Source of the DNA: Ilumatobacteraceae bacterium
GTDB taxonomy: Bacteria > Actinomycetota > Acidimicrobiia > Acidimicrobiales > Ilumatobacteraceae
Reading direction: 5' to 3'
Assembly (NCBI GenBank): GCA_013213745.1
Contig: JABSQH010000010.1
Span: 42,293-106,292, forward strand
DNA length: 64,000 nt
Shown here: in pieces, positions 1 to 9,847 of the stretch
Numbering within the stretch: the stretch's first letter is position 1
Layout: every line of letters starts with the position of its first letter
The notes under the pieces: generated by a model
Database searches by the model: none
The model's input: only the letters and a program-made list of their open reading frames with translations
Told to the model about the DNA's origin: nothing
Program-made: the position numbers and the translations under genes

Positions 1-1107
1 GAGGAGTACTGGTGGTGCACCGAGCAGATGATGACGTGGCCCGATAGCGACGGCGCCAACATGATCCTCGACGACGGCGGCGATGCGACACTCCTGCTGC
101 ACAAAGGTGTCGAGTACGAGAAGGCGGGCGAGGTCCCCGATCCGACCGAGGCCGACAATCCGGAGCTGGCGATCGTGCTCGGCCTGCTGCAACGCTCGCT
201 CAAGTCCGATCCGGGCAAGTGGACCCGGATGGCAGCCGGAATTCGCGGTGTCACCGAGGAGACGACGACCGGCGTCAAGCGGCTGTACAAGATGATGGAC
301 GACGGCGAGTTGCTGTTCCCGGCGATCAACGTCAACGACTCGGTGACCAAGTCGAAGTTCGACAACCTCTACGGCTGCCGGCACTCGCTCGTCGACTCGA
401 TCAGCCGTGCGACCGACGTGATGATCGGCGGCAAGACCGCGGTGGTGTGCGGCTACGGCGACGTCGGCAAGGGTTGTGTCCAGTCGCTGCAGGGCCAAGG
501 CGCCCGGGTGATCGTGACCGAGATCGACCCGATCAACGCGTTGCAGGCCGTGATGGAGGGGCTCCAGGTGCTGCCGCTCGAAGACGTCGTCGACACCGCC
601 GACATCTTCGTGTCGGCGACCGGCAACGCCGACATCATCCGCATCGAGCACATGCAGCAGATGAAGCACAACGCCATCGTCTGCAACATCGGGCACTTCG
701 ACAACGAGATCGACATGGCCGGGCTGGCTCGCTCCGGGGCCGTACGCGACGAGTTGAAGCCAGGGACCGACGTGTGGACGTTCGACGAGGCCAACGCCGC
801 CGGCGGGAGCCAGATCATCGTGCTCGCCGAGGGGCGACTGGTGAATCTCGGCTGTGCGACCGGACACCCCAGCTTCGTGATGTCGTGCTCGTTCGCCAAC
901 CAGGTGATCGCACAGATCGAGTTGTTCAATCATCCAGAGCGCTATCCGCTCGACGTGTACGTCCTTCCCAAGCACCTCGACGAGAAGGTTGCCCGCCTCC
1001 ATCTCGATGCTCTCGGTGTGAAGCTGACCCAGCTCACCGACAGCCAGGCGGAGTACCTCGACCTCGACCCCGGCGGCCCCTTCAAGCCTGAGCACTACCG
1101 TTACTAA
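1..1107 (+). CDS. ahcY: Adenosylhomocysteinase (S-adenosyl-L-homocysteine hydrolase), 5' end outside window
   Basis: Frame open from nt 1 ([14 protein letters not shown]). NAD-binding [17 protein letters not shown] and the C-terminal KPEHYRY are typical of AhcY. Confidence 0.92.
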   Translation, partial: EEYWWCTEQMMTWPDSDGANMILDDGGDATLLLHKGVEYEKAGEVPDPTEADNPELAIVLGLLQRSLKSDPGKWTRMAAGIRGVTEETTTGVKRLYKMMDDGELLFPAINVNDSVTKSKFDNLYGCRHSLVDSISRATDVMIGGKTAVVCGYGDVGKGCVQSLQGQGARVIVTEIDPINALQAVMEGLQVLPLEDVVDTADIFVSATGNADIIRIEHMQQMKHNAIVCNIGHFDNEIDMAGLARSGAVRDELKPGTDVWTFDEANAAGGSQIIVLAEGRLVNLGCATGHPSFVMSCSFANQVIAQIELFNHPERYPLDVYVLPKHLDEKVARLHLDALGVKLTQLTDSQAEYLDLDPGGPFKPEHYRY

Positions 1108-1449
1108 TACGGACGGGCTCGGTCGCCTGGCGACTTCCCTCATCGGGCTAAGTCGCCCCGGCGGGCTCTGCCTCGCCTCCGAGCTCCCGCCGCTGCGCTC
1201 GGGTCGCCCGCCTGAGCGCGAGCACGCGTTCGATGTGGGTATCGATCGCGTTCGAGCGCTGAGGCGCGTTGCCGAGCTGGGTGCTGTGAAGCAGTCGGGC
1301 GAGCGCCATGGGCTCGAGCACGGGAGGCGACCGGAGCCCGCTCGGGCGACCGAGCGCGCAGGAAACGGCGACCGAGCCTGGATGTCGCGGTGATTGGACC
1401 CGCGGCGTGCCATCGGTCACAATGAGGCCCGACCAAGGGGGGTCTATCG

Positions 1450-2568
1450 GTGGACACGAAGCTGGCCAATCCGCGTATCGGGGGGCAGGAGACCGACGAG
1501 CCGTTGCTCACGGTCGATGATCTGCGCACGCACTTCGCCGTCGGAGGGGGCACCGTCAAGGCGGTCGATGGCGTGTCGTTCGCCCTCCATCGCGGTCGGA
1601 CGCTCGGCGTCGTCGGCGAGTCCGGCTCGGGAAAGACTGTGCTGTCGCGATCGATCATGGGCTTGAACATCGCGGCCAACGCGTCGAGCTCCGGCTCGGT
1701 GCGCTACGACGGCGAGGAGATGATCGGCAAGACCACCAAGCAGATGCGGCTGCTGTGGGGCGCGGAGATGGCGATGGTTTTCCAGGACCCGATGACGTCG
1801 CTGAACCCCGTCGTCAAGGTCGGCCGGCAGCTCACCGAGCACGTTCGGTATCACCTCGACATCAGCAAGGGTGAGGCCAAGAACGTCGCCGTCGCCCTGC
1901 TCAAGTCGGTGCGTATCCCCGAAGCCGAGCGGCGCCTCGATGCCTTTCCGCACCAGATGTCCGGCGGCATGCGCCAACGAGTGTGTATCGCCATGGCGTT
2001 GGCGTGCGGTCCTCGGTTGCTGTTCGCCGACGAGCCGACGACGGCGCTCGATGTGACGGTGCAACATCAGATCCTCAACCTGCTCGCCGAACAGCAGCGC
2101 GACCGCGCGATGGCGATGGTGCTCGTCACCCATGACCTCGGCGTCGTTGCGGGCCGCACCGACGACATCGTCGTGATGTACGCCGGTCGGGTCGTCGAGA
2201 GTGCGCCCACCGACGTGTTGTTCAGCGAGCTGCGGCACCCGTACACGCAAGGTCTGTTGTGGTCGATCCCCCGCACGACCCAGCCGAAACACACGCGACT
2301 GAACGCAATCACCGGCAGACCACCGGACCTGATCAATCCGCCGCCAGGGTGCAAGTTCGCCCCTCGCTGCCCGTACGCCCAGGACAAGTGCCGCGAGGAA
2401 GTTCCCGAGCTGCGGTCGAGCGGTACTCCGGGCCATTCGTTTGCCTGCCACTATCCCGTCGGATCGCCGGAGAACGAAGCGGCGTTCCAGGCCAATTTGG
2501 ATGCGGGCGTCCCCGCTGCGTTGTCGGCCGCAGGCCGCGCTGCGGCAAAAGAAGAGGTGGGTGTCTGA
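1450..2568 (+). CDS. Oligopeptide/dipeptide-type ABC transporter ATP-binding protein (OppD/DppD-like)
   Basis: Walker A GESGSGKT, signature MSGGMRQR, Walker [13 protein letters not shown], and the C-terminal oligopeptide-ABC extension [12 protein letters not shown]. The antisense ORF 1444..2589 is a shadow. Confidence 0.9.
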   Translation: MDTKLANPRIGGQETDEPLLTVDDLRTHFAVGGGTVKAVDGVSFALHRGRTLGVVGESGSGKTVLSRSIMGLNIAANASSSGSVRYDGEEMIGKTTKQMRLLWGAEMAMVFQDPMTSLNPVVKVGRQLTEHVRYHLDISKGEAKNVAVALLKSVRIPEAERRLDAFPHQMSGGMRQRVCIAMALACGPRLLFADEPTTALDVTVQHQILNLLAEQQRDRAMAMVLVTHDLGVVAGRTDDIVVMYAGRVVESAPTDVLFSELRHPYTQGLLWSIPRTTQPKHTRLNAITGRPPDLINPPPGCKFAPRCPYAQDKCREEVPELRSSGTPGHSFACHYPVGSPENEAAFQANLDAGVPAALSAAGRAAAKEEVGV

Positions 2569-3599
2569 TGGCCGGTTCGGGAACCGCACACTTGCGCCCG
2601 GCCGAGGACGTGCTGTTGCGTGTCGAGGATCTCGTCGTCGAGTTCCCGCAGGGCCGGGGGCGCGTCGTGCACGCTGTCAGTGGGATCAGCTTCGACATCG
2701 CAGCTGGCGAGACGTTGGGCCTGGTCGGCGAGTCGGGATGTGGAAAATCCACGACCGGCAGAGCGGTGCTCCAGTTGCCCCCGCCGACCAGCGGTTCGGT
2801 CACCCTCGACGGTGAGGATCTCACCGGCGTCGGATCGGGCACGATGCGCGAGCGACGCACGAAGTTGCAGATGATCTTCCAAGATCCGATCTCATCGCTC
2901 AACCCGCGCCGCACGATCGGTGAAGTCGTCGCCGAGCCGCTCGGTGTGTGGGGTCCGAAGAAGAAAGATGCGCAGTGGGAGACCGTTGCCAGGGTGCTCG
3001 ACGACGTCGGCATCGATCCCGGCGTCGCCCGATACAAGCGGCCGCACGAGTTCTCCGGCGGCCAGTGCCAACGCATCTCCATTGCTCGTGCGCTGGTGAT
3101 GGAGCCCGAGCTGATCATCTGTGACGAGCCGGTATCGGCCCTCGACGTGTCGATCCAGGCGCAGATCCTCAATCTGCTCGAAGACCTGAAGAAGGAACAC
3201 GGCCTGACGCTCGTGTTCATCGCCCACGACCTGGCCGTCGTCAAGAACATCAGTGACCGAGTCGCGGTGATGTACCTCGGCAAGATGTGCGAGATCTCCG
3301 AAGCCGACGAGTTGTACGCCAACCCGGCGCATCCGTACACCGAGGTGCTGCTCGAGTCGAGCCCGATCCCCGACCCCGGAATCGACGTCGAGGATGTCGA
3401 CGTGCTGGAGGGCGACCTCCCCTCGCCGTTGGCGCCTCCGTCGGGGTGCCGCTTCCGCACTCGTTGCACCCGGGCCACCGACGTGTGCACGACCGACGAG
3501 CCGCAGATGCGGCGGATATCGGAAGAACACTACGTCGCCTGCCATCATCCGCTCATCGAGCCGGCCGAGACAGTGGTCAGCGTGGGGGTCGGGGAGTGA
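2568..3599 (+). CDS. Oligopeptide/dipeptide-type ABC transporter ATP-binding protein (OppF/DppF-like)
   Basis: The ATG at 2568 overlaps the upstream TGA (ATGA coupling). Walker A GESGCGKST, FSGGQCQRISIARAL, IICDEPVSALD, C-terminal PSGCRFRTRC. The 2259..2567 part of the ORF is an Arg-rich out-of-gene extension. Confidence 0.9.
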   Translation: MAGSGTAHLRPAEDVLLRVEDLVVEFPQGRGRVVHAVSGISFDIAAGETLGLVGESGCGKSTTGRAVLQLPPPTSGSVTLDGEDLTGVGSGTMRERRTKLQMIFQDPISSLNPRRTIGEVVAEPLGVWGPKKKDAQWETVARVLDDVGIDPGVARYKRPHEFSGGQCQRISIARALVMEPELIICDEPVSALDVSIQAQILNLLEDLKKEHGLTLVFIAHDLAVVKNISDRVAVMYLGKMCEISEADELYANPAHPYTEVLLESSPIPDPGIDVEDVDVLEGDLPSPLAPPSGCRFRTRCTRATDVCTTDEPQMRRISEEHYVACHHPLIEPAETVVSVGVGE

Positions 3600-3782
3600 G
3601 CCCGCCAAGGGCATCGCGACAGTCGAGTGACGAATGGCGCCGCTGACTGCAGTGACGCCCGTCACGTCTGCTAGACAACTCTTCATTCCGGGCGGGGACG
3701 CCGTTCCAGCGGGCTTTGCACCGGACCAATCAACGGTTTCGCCACGGCGCGACCACGATGGCCATAGGGCCAAGGGGGACAG

Positions 3783-5591
3783 ATGACATCACGACGGACG
3801 CTACGGCTCCTCGCCGTACCACTCGCTTTGGGGCTGTTCGTAGCCGCCTGCGGGAGCGACGATGATGACGACGGTGGTGACGGCACGACCGCAACCACCG
3901 AAGCGAGCGGTGACACCGCCACGACCGAAGCCGAAGGTGGCGACACCGAAGAGGGCGACGGCAGCGATGAGAACGCCGGCGGTGAAGGCGACGTCGAGGA
4001 TCAGCAAGAGTCGGTCGAGGACACCGACACCGAGGTCGAAGTGTCCGAGAACTCCCGCTCCTACGGCGGCGACGTGGTCTACGGCCTCGAGGCCGAAGCC
4101 GTCGGTCTCCGGCCGTGGGAGGACACGTGCGGTTCGCCGTGTCTGAACATCCAGCGAGCGATCTACGACCCAATCACCGAGCAGACCGCACAAGGCGAGT
4201 ATCAAGGCTTCCTGGCCGAGTCGCTGACGCCGAACGACGACTTCACCGTGTGGACCGTGATGCTGCGTGATGGCATCGAGTTCCACGATGGCACGCCGCT
4301 GACCGCGCAGACGATTGCCGACATGTTCCCGATCCAGCAGGCTGGCGCGATCACCTCGGGTCTCATCGAGGGTGCCGGTCTCGTCGGTGTCGAAGCAACT
4401 GGTGACCTGGAGGTCACCTACACGTTGGACTCGGGAAACTCGGCGTTCCCGGCCGTGCTCACGGGTCAGACGGGTCGCGTGTTCGAGCCGACCGCTGCGC
4501 AGTCGGAGGACTTCATCTCGAATCCGGTTGGCACCGGTCCGTTCGTGCTCGAGAGCCGTGACCTCGACAACGCCACCACCGTGGTGCGCAACGAGAACTA
4601 CTGGCTGGAGGACACCGAAGGAAACCAGCTGCCGTATCTCGACTCGATCGAGTTCCGGCCGATCCCCGATGAGGGCACACGTCTCGACGCCGTGCTCTCG
4701 GGCACGGTCGACATGATGCAGACACTGCGTCAGGGCACGATCCGTGACGCCCGCGATGCCGGCGGCGATTTCGTGCTGCTCGAGTTCCAGGGCAACAACA
4801 CGGGCGGTGGCATGTTCAACACCGCCGTTGCGCCGTACGACGACGTGCGCGTCCGCCGCGGCCTGACACTGATGAACAACCAGGAAGCCGTCATCGAGGC
4901 GCTTGGTGGTACCGGTATCTCACTGCCGACCACTCAGTGGTTCTCCCAGGACAGCCCCTGGTACTCAGAGGCCGTCGCTGATGCGTGGCCGGAGTTCAAC
5001 TTCGAAGAAGGTGTCGCCTCGTTGACCGAGTACATCAACGATCCGGCTCGCTCGGACGGCAAGGGCGTCGGTGAGCCGATCGACGTCGAGCTCTCCTGCC
5101 CACCGGACCCGACCTTGATCGCGGCGATGCAGGTGATCGAGCAGGTGTGGAGCGGCAGCGGGCTGGTCAACGTCACGTTGACGCAGTTCGACCAGGCGAC
5201 GCACATCAACAATGCGATCACCGACATCCATCAGGCCCACTGCTGGCGTTGGAGCTCCGACGAGGATCCGTCGATCAGCATCAACCCGTTCGTGGCGCCG
5301 CCTGAAGAGTCGCCGGTGAACTTCCCGAACTACTTCAACCAGGACTGGTTCGACGCAGCTATCGCCGCCATCCAGACTGCGGACGTCGAGGAGCGCAAGG
5401 CGCTCTACGAGTCGATCATGTTGGGTCTCGCCGAGGAGTTCCCGATCTGGTACTCGGGCGGTACGGCCACCATGGTCATGACCGAGCCGCAGATTCAGGG
5501 CATTAACGGCTGGCTGCTGCCGAGTGGCGACGTCGGTCAGGGCTTCCCGAATGCGGAGGTCCGCTGGCACGAGGTGTTCATCGCCGAGTAA
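3783..5591 (+). CDS. ABC transporter substrate-binding lipoprotein, peptide/nickel family (family 5), copy 1
   Basis: Lipoprotein signal MTSRRTLRLLAVPLALGLFVAAC-GSDDDDD, a long acidic linker, then an approximately 500-aa SBP body. RBS-like aaggggga lies just upstream of the ATG. The gene sits inside the ABC operon. Confidence 0.85.
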   Translation: MTSRRTLRLLAVPLALGLFVAACGSDDDDDGGDGTTATTEASGDTATTEAEGGDTEEGDGSDENAGGEGDVEDQQESVEDTDTEVEVSENSRSYGGDVVYGLEAEAVGLRPWEDTCGSPCLNIQRAIYDPITEQTAQGEYQGFLAESLTPNDDFTVWTVMLRDGIEFHDGTPLTAQTIADMFPIQQAGAITSGLIEGAGLVGVEATGDLEVTYTLDSGNSAFPAVLTGQTGRVFEPTAAQSEDFISNPVGTGPFVLESRDLDNATTVVRNENYWLEDTEGNQLPYLDSIEFRPIPDEGTRLDAVLSGTVDMMQTLRQGTIRDARDAGGDFVLLEFQGNNTGGGMFNTAVAPYDDVRVRRGLTLMNNQEAVIEALGGTGISLPTTQWFSQDSPWYSEAVADAWPEFNFEEGVASLTEYINDPARSDGKGVGEPIDVELSCPPDPTLIAAMQVIEQVWSGSGLVNVTLTQFDQATHINNAITDIHQAHCWRWSSDEDPSISINPFVAPPEESPVNFPNYFNQDWFDAAIAAIQTADVEERKALYESIMLGLAEEFPIWYSGGTATMVMTEPQIQGINGWLLPSGDVGQGFPNAEVRWHEVFIAE

Positions 5592-5634
5592 GAAACGGTC
5601 GATCGGGTCGCCGGGATCAGGAATCGAAGACGAC

Positions 5635-5742
5635 GTGTTGGACGTGACCGCACGCAGAGTGGATCGCCTGTTGGCGATGTTGCTTGCGGCGGCGCTCCCC
5701 ACACTCGTTGTGTTCGAGTTTCTGCCCGGCGGCCCGACCGAT
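5635..5742 (+). pseudogene. Relic of the 5' end of the DppB-like permease gene, left between the duplicated SBP genes
   Basis: The translation VLDVTARRVDRLLAMLLAAALPTLVVFEFLPGGPTD parallels the true permease N-terminus MVRVIATRVVRLVATLLAVTFLTFTMLEFLPGDPVN (7790...). The preceding spacer (tcgccgggatcagga) matches the spacer before 7790 (tcgccggaatcagga). No permease body follows. Confidence 0.45.
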
Positions 5743-5939
5743 GCAACACCCACATCGAGTAGCGGCAGTGCCGTGTCCGGTGTGGTTGGCGTTGTCGCTG
5801 CTGCGTGGTGGGTATCCGCTCGGCACCGGCGGAATTCTCGAACCGGGTGGGGACCCGGTTCAGTTCTACGCCTCGGCGTAGAACGATCAACGGTCGCTCC
5901 GACCGTGATCGCGACGGCCAACATGGCCAAGGGGGAACA

Positions 5940-7748
5940 ATGACATCACGACGGACGCGACGACTGCTCGCCGTTCCGCTTGCGCTGGGACTTCTCGTCG
6001 CAGCGTGCGGGAGCGATGATGACGATGACGGGGGTGAGGGGACCACTGCAACGACTGCGGCGGACTCTGAGCCCGATACCACCGAGCCCGAGACCGAATC
6101 CACCGACGCCGAGCCCGATACGACCGAGGCACCCGACGGGGACGGCGACGCCGACGAGGCTGAAGGCGACGTCGACACCGATATCGAGGCCGACGTGGAG
6201 TCGGTCCGCAGCTTTGGCGGCGACATCGTGATCGGCGTCGAGGCCGAGGCCACCGGTCTGCGTCCGTGGGAGGACGCCTGCGCCGAACCGTGTCTCGTGC
6301 TCCACCGGGCGATCTTCGATCAGTTGGTCGAGCAAGCCGCTGACGGGACCTACCAACCGTGGCTCGCCGAGTCGATTACCCCCAACGACGACTTCACCGT
6401 GTGGACGGTGATGTTGAGACCCGATGTGACGTTCACCGACGGGACGCCGCTGACTGCGCAGACCGTCGCCGACATGTTCCCGATCCAGCAGGCCGGCGCA
6501 GTGACCGCTGGACTCATCGCCGGAGCGGGACTGGAGACTGTCGAGGCGACCGGCGACTTGGAGGTCACCTACACGTTGTCATCGCCGAACTCGGCATTCC
6601 CGGCGGTGCTGGCCAACGCCACGGGACGGGTGTTCGAGCCCGCCGCGGCGGCCGCTGATCCTGACGGATTCTCGACCAATCCGGTCGGCACCGGACCGTT
6701 CGTCGTCGACAGCCGAGATCTCGACAACGAGACGGTGCTGGTACGCAACGACAATTACTGGCTGGTCGATAGTGAGGGCCAGCAGTTGCCCTACCTCGAC
6801 TCGGTGTCGGTCCGTCCGATTCCCGACGAGGGCACTCGCCTCGATGCCCAGCTCTCGGGGACGATCGACGTGATGCAGACACTGCGTCAGGGCACCATCC
6901 GCGATGCGCGGGATGCAGGCGGTGACTTCACGCTGCTCGAGTTCCAGGGCAGCAACACCGGCGGTGGCATGTTCAACACCGCACTGCCGCCATATGACGA
7001 CGTGCGTGTTCGTCGCGGTCTCATCCTGATGAACAATCAAGAGGCCGTGATCGAGGCGCTCGGCGGGACCGGTATCTCGCAGCAGACCACACAGTGGTTC
7101 TCCGCCGACAGCCCGTGGTACTCCCAGGCCGTGGCCGATGCGTGGCCCGACTTCGACTTCGACGCCGGCGTGGCCTCGATCACCGAGTACATCAACGACC
7201 CGGCTCGGTCCGACGGGAAGGCGCCGGGTGAGCCGATCGATGTGGAGTTGTCGTGTCCTCCCGACCCCACGCTGATCGCAGCGATGCAGGTGATCGAGCA
7301 GGTGTGGAGCGGCAGTGGTGTGGTCAATGTCAACCTGACGCAATTCGATCAGGCGACACACATCAACAACGCGCTCACCGACATCCACCAGGCCCACTGC
7401 TGGCGGTGGAGCAGCGATCAGGACCCATCGATTTCGATCAACCCGTTTGTTGCGCCTCCGGAAGCGTCGCCGGTGAACTTCCCGAACTACTACAACCAGG
7501 AGTGGTTCGACGCGGCCCAAGCCGCGATCCAGACTGACGACTTCGACGAGCGCAAGGCGCTCTACGAGTCGATCATGTTGGGTCTCGCCGAGGAGTTCCC
7601 GATCTGGTACTCCGGCGGCACAGCGACGCTGTTGATGACCGATCCCGAGATCAAGGGCATCAACGGGTGGTTGCTGCCGAGCGGCGATCTCGGCGTCGGC
7701 TTCCCCGGAGCCGCGCCTCGCTTGCAGGAGACCTGGGTCGAACAGTGA
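5940..7748 (+). CDS. ABC transporter substrate-binding lipoprotein, peptide/nickel family (family 5), copy 2 (tandem paralog)
   Basis: The internal ATG at 5940 gives MTSRRTRRLLAVPLALGLLVAAC-GSDDDDD. The protein is collinear with copy 1, with long identical blocks (ELSCPPDPTLIAAMQVIEQVWSGSG, KALYESIMLGLAEEFPIWYSGGTAT). The same RBS context ggccaaggggga is present. Confidence 0.85.
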   Translation: MTSRRTRRLLAVPLALGLLVAACGSDDDDDGGEGTTATTAADSEPDTTEPETESTDAEPDTTEAPDGDGDADEAEGDVDTDIEADVESVRSFGGDIVIGVEAEATGLRPWEDACAEPCLVLHRAIFDQLVEQAADGTYQPWLAESITPNDDFTVWTVMLRPDVTFTDGTPLTAQTVADMFPIQQAGAVTAGLIAGAGLETVEATGDLEVTYTLSSPNSAFPAVLANATGRVFEPAAAAADPDGFSTNPVGTGPFVVDSRDLDNETVLVRNDNYWLVDSEGQQLPYLDSVSVRPIPDEGTRLDAQLSGTIDVMQTLRQGTIRDARDAGGDFTLLEFQGSNTGGGMFNTALPPYDDVRVRRGLILMNNQEAVIEALGGTGISQQTTQWFSADSPWYSQAVADAWPDFDFDAGVASITEYINDPARSDGKAPGEPIDVELSCPPDPTLIAAMQVIEQVWSGSGVVNVNLTQFDQATHINNALTDIHQAHCWRWSSDQDPSISINPFVAPPEASPVNFPNYYNQEWFDAAQAAIQTDDFDERKALYESIMLGLAEEFPIWYSGGTATLLMTDPEIKGINGWLLPSGDLGVGFPGAAPRLQETWVEQ

Positions 7749-7789
7749 TGCAGTCAATCGGATCGCCGGAATCAGGAGCTTCGTAAATC

Positions 7790-8740
7790 ATGGTGAGGGT
7801 GATTGCAACCAGAGTGGTGCGTCTCGTGGCGACGCTGCTCGCGGTGACGTTCCTCACGTTCACCATGCTCGAGTTCCTGCCCGGCGACCCGGTCAACGCC
7901 ATCCTGCCGCCGAACGCAGTGCGTACGCCTGAGCTCATCGCCCAGGTGCGCGCCGACCTCAACCTCGATGACCCGTTCTTCCAGCGGTACTTCGCATGGC
8001 TCGGCGACGCGCTCACCGGCGACCTCGGCCAGTCCTACGTGACCGATCAGGAGGTCTCCGAGATCATCACCAGCCGTCTGCCGATCACGCTGCAACTGGC
8101 GGTGATGGGGATCCTGTTGGCGCTGATTCTTGCTGTACCGATCGGGATTCTCGGCGCGTACAAACAGGGAAAGTGGCAAGACACGGTGACATCGGCGGGC
8201 GTCCAGGTGGGATTATCGGTGCCGAACTTCATCTTCGGCATCTTTCTGATCTGGCTCTTCGCCGTGAACCTGCAGTGGTTACCGGCGTCGAACTGGAACC
8301 GATTAAGTGACGGACTCGTCGACAACCTGAAGACGGCCATCCTCCCGGCCAGCGCCCTGGCGCTGACCCAGATGGCGATCTTCTCTCGCCTAGTGCGTGC
8401 CGACATGATCGGCACGCTGCAGGAGAACTACATCTTGTCGGCACGAGCCAAAGGCCTCAGCAATCGGTTCATTCTGTTCCGTCATGCGTTGCGCCCCAGC
8501 TCGCTGTCGTTGATGACCATCGTCGGCATCAACTTCGGTGCGCTGCTCGGCGGCACCGTCATCATCGAGACCCTTTTCGCAGTGCCGGGGATCGGGTTCC
8601 GCCTGATCAATGCGATCAACCAGCGCGACATTCTCGTCATCCAGGGGATCACCGTGTTCATCGCGGCGTCTTATGTACTGATCAACACGCTGGTCGACCT
8701 GCTCTATAGTGCGCTCGACCCGCGGATCCGGAGGAGCTGA
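7790..8740 (+). CDS. ABC transporter permease (DppB/OppB-like)
   Basis: 316 aa, multi-TM. N-terminal FLPGDP motif and an internal EAA-like loop (ILSARAKGLSNRFILFRHALRPS) typical of binding-protein-dependent permeases. Confidence 0.87.
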   Translation: MVRVIATRVVRLVATLLAVTFLTFTMLEFLPGDPVNAILPPNAVRTPELIAQVRADLNLDDPFFQRYFAWLGDALTGDLGQSYVTDQEVSEIITSRLPITLQLAVMGILLALILAVPIGILGAYKQGKWQDTVTSAGVQVGLSVPNFIFGIFLIWLFAVNLQWLPASNWNRLSDGLVDNLKTAILPASALALTQMAIFSRLVRADMIGTLQENYILSARAKGLSNRFILFRHALRPSSLSLMTIVGINFGALLGGTVIIETLFAVPGIGFRLINAINQRDILVIQGITVFIAASYVLINTLVDLLYSALDPRIRRS

Positions 8741-8742
8741 AC

Positions 8743-9789
8743 GTGGCCGACACCGAAGCAGGAACCTCAGCACCGGCAGACATTCCAGCCGGGGTGCCCG
8801 GTCATGAAGATCGCCACGCCGAGCCCGTCATGGGCGCCGGAGTCGAGGCGATCGAGGCCTACGTCGTTCCGACCGGGGAGAAGCCGAAACGGCAGTCGCC
8901 GTGGCAGGTGTTCTCCTCGATGCCGTTCTTCGTCAAGCTGTCGGCCATCTGGTTGATCCTCGTGGTGGCAGGCGCCATCTATACCCAGCTCGACACGTCG
9001 CTGTTCGACGGGAATCTGCCGTTGCTGCAAGACCCCAACCTGCAGACGAACAACTTCAACCCCGAGGCCGGTGAGTTCGGTACCGGTGAAAGGTTGGAAG
9101 CGCCGTCTGCCGCGCACTGGCTTGGCACTGACGCCTTGGCCCGCGACACCTTCTCCAGGCTGGTGTACGGCGCGTGGGTCAGCCTCGTCGTCGCCATCGT
9201 CGCCGTTGCGTTCGGCTTCATCGTCGGCGGCGGGCTTGGGTCGTTGGTCGGATTCGTGCGCGGTCGCACCGAGACGTTCACGATGTCGATCATCGACGTG
9301 ATCCTCGCCTTCCCGGCGTTGATCCTGCTACTCGCCCTCGTGTCGATCTTCGAGGTGCGCGACCTGTTCATCATCTCGATCGTGATCGGATTCCTGGGTA
9401 TCCCCGCGTACACGCGTGTCGCCCGGGCCAACAGTTTGGCGATCTCCAATCGTGAGTTCGTTACCGCTGCGCGTGCGATCGGTACCAAGCCGCGCCGAAT
9501 CTTGTGGCGCGAGATCATCCCGAATGTCGTGCCGACGATGCTCGCTTACGCGATGGTCGCGTCGGCATTCGTGATCGTCGTCGAGGGTTCGCTCTCATTC
9601 CTCGGCCTCAGTGTCCAGCCGCCCACGTCGACGTGGGGCAACATGATCAACCAGGCCCGCAGTGACGTCAAGGTCAACCCATGGCAGGTGTTGTTCCCGT
9701 CGTTGGCGCTGACCTTTACCGTGCTGGCGCTCAACCAGGTGGGCGACTTCTTCCAGAAGCGCAACGCCGTCCGCGCCGCCGCGCTGTAA
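8743..9789 (+). CDS. ABC transporter permease (DppC/OppC-like)
   Basis: 348 aa, starting 2 nt after the upstream stop. The N-terminal extension plus TM and the loop EFVTAARAIGTKPRRILWREIIPN are typical of OppC/DppC. Confidence 0.87.
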   Translation: MADTEAGTSAPADIPAGVPGHEDRHAEPVMGAGVEAIEAYVVPTGEKPKRQSPWQVFSSMPFFVKLSAIWLILVVAGAIYTQLDTSLFDGNLPLLQDPNLQTNNFNPEAGEFGTGERLEAPSAAHWLGTDALARDTFSRLVYGAWVSLVVAIVAVAFGFIVGGGLGSLVGFVRGRTETFTMSIIDVILAFPALILLLALVSIFEVRDLFIISIVIGFLGIPAYTRVARANSLAISNREFVTAARAIGTKPRRILWREIIPNVVPTMLAYAMVASAFVIVVEGSLSFLGLSVQPPTSTWGNMINQARSDVKVNPWQVLFPSLALTFTVLALNQVGDFFQKRNAVRAAAL

Positions 9790-9847
9790 TCCTGGGCTCG
9801 GTCGCCGAAGGGCCGAGCCACTGTGAGTGTGACACCCCCTCGTCAGG

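Noticed and set aside
2259-2567. Long 5' extensions of real genes in the ORF track: 2259-2567, 5805-5939, 17285-17383, 19552-19977, 21662-21745, 28917-29348, 35761-36114, 41022-41657, 42514-43269, 56332-56586 and 63338-63604.
   Set aside because: The extensions overlap the preceding gene or an opposite-strand gene. They are Arg-rich and lack homology-like sequence. In each case an internal start gives a canonical N-terminus, often with ATGA/GTGA coupling or an RBS.
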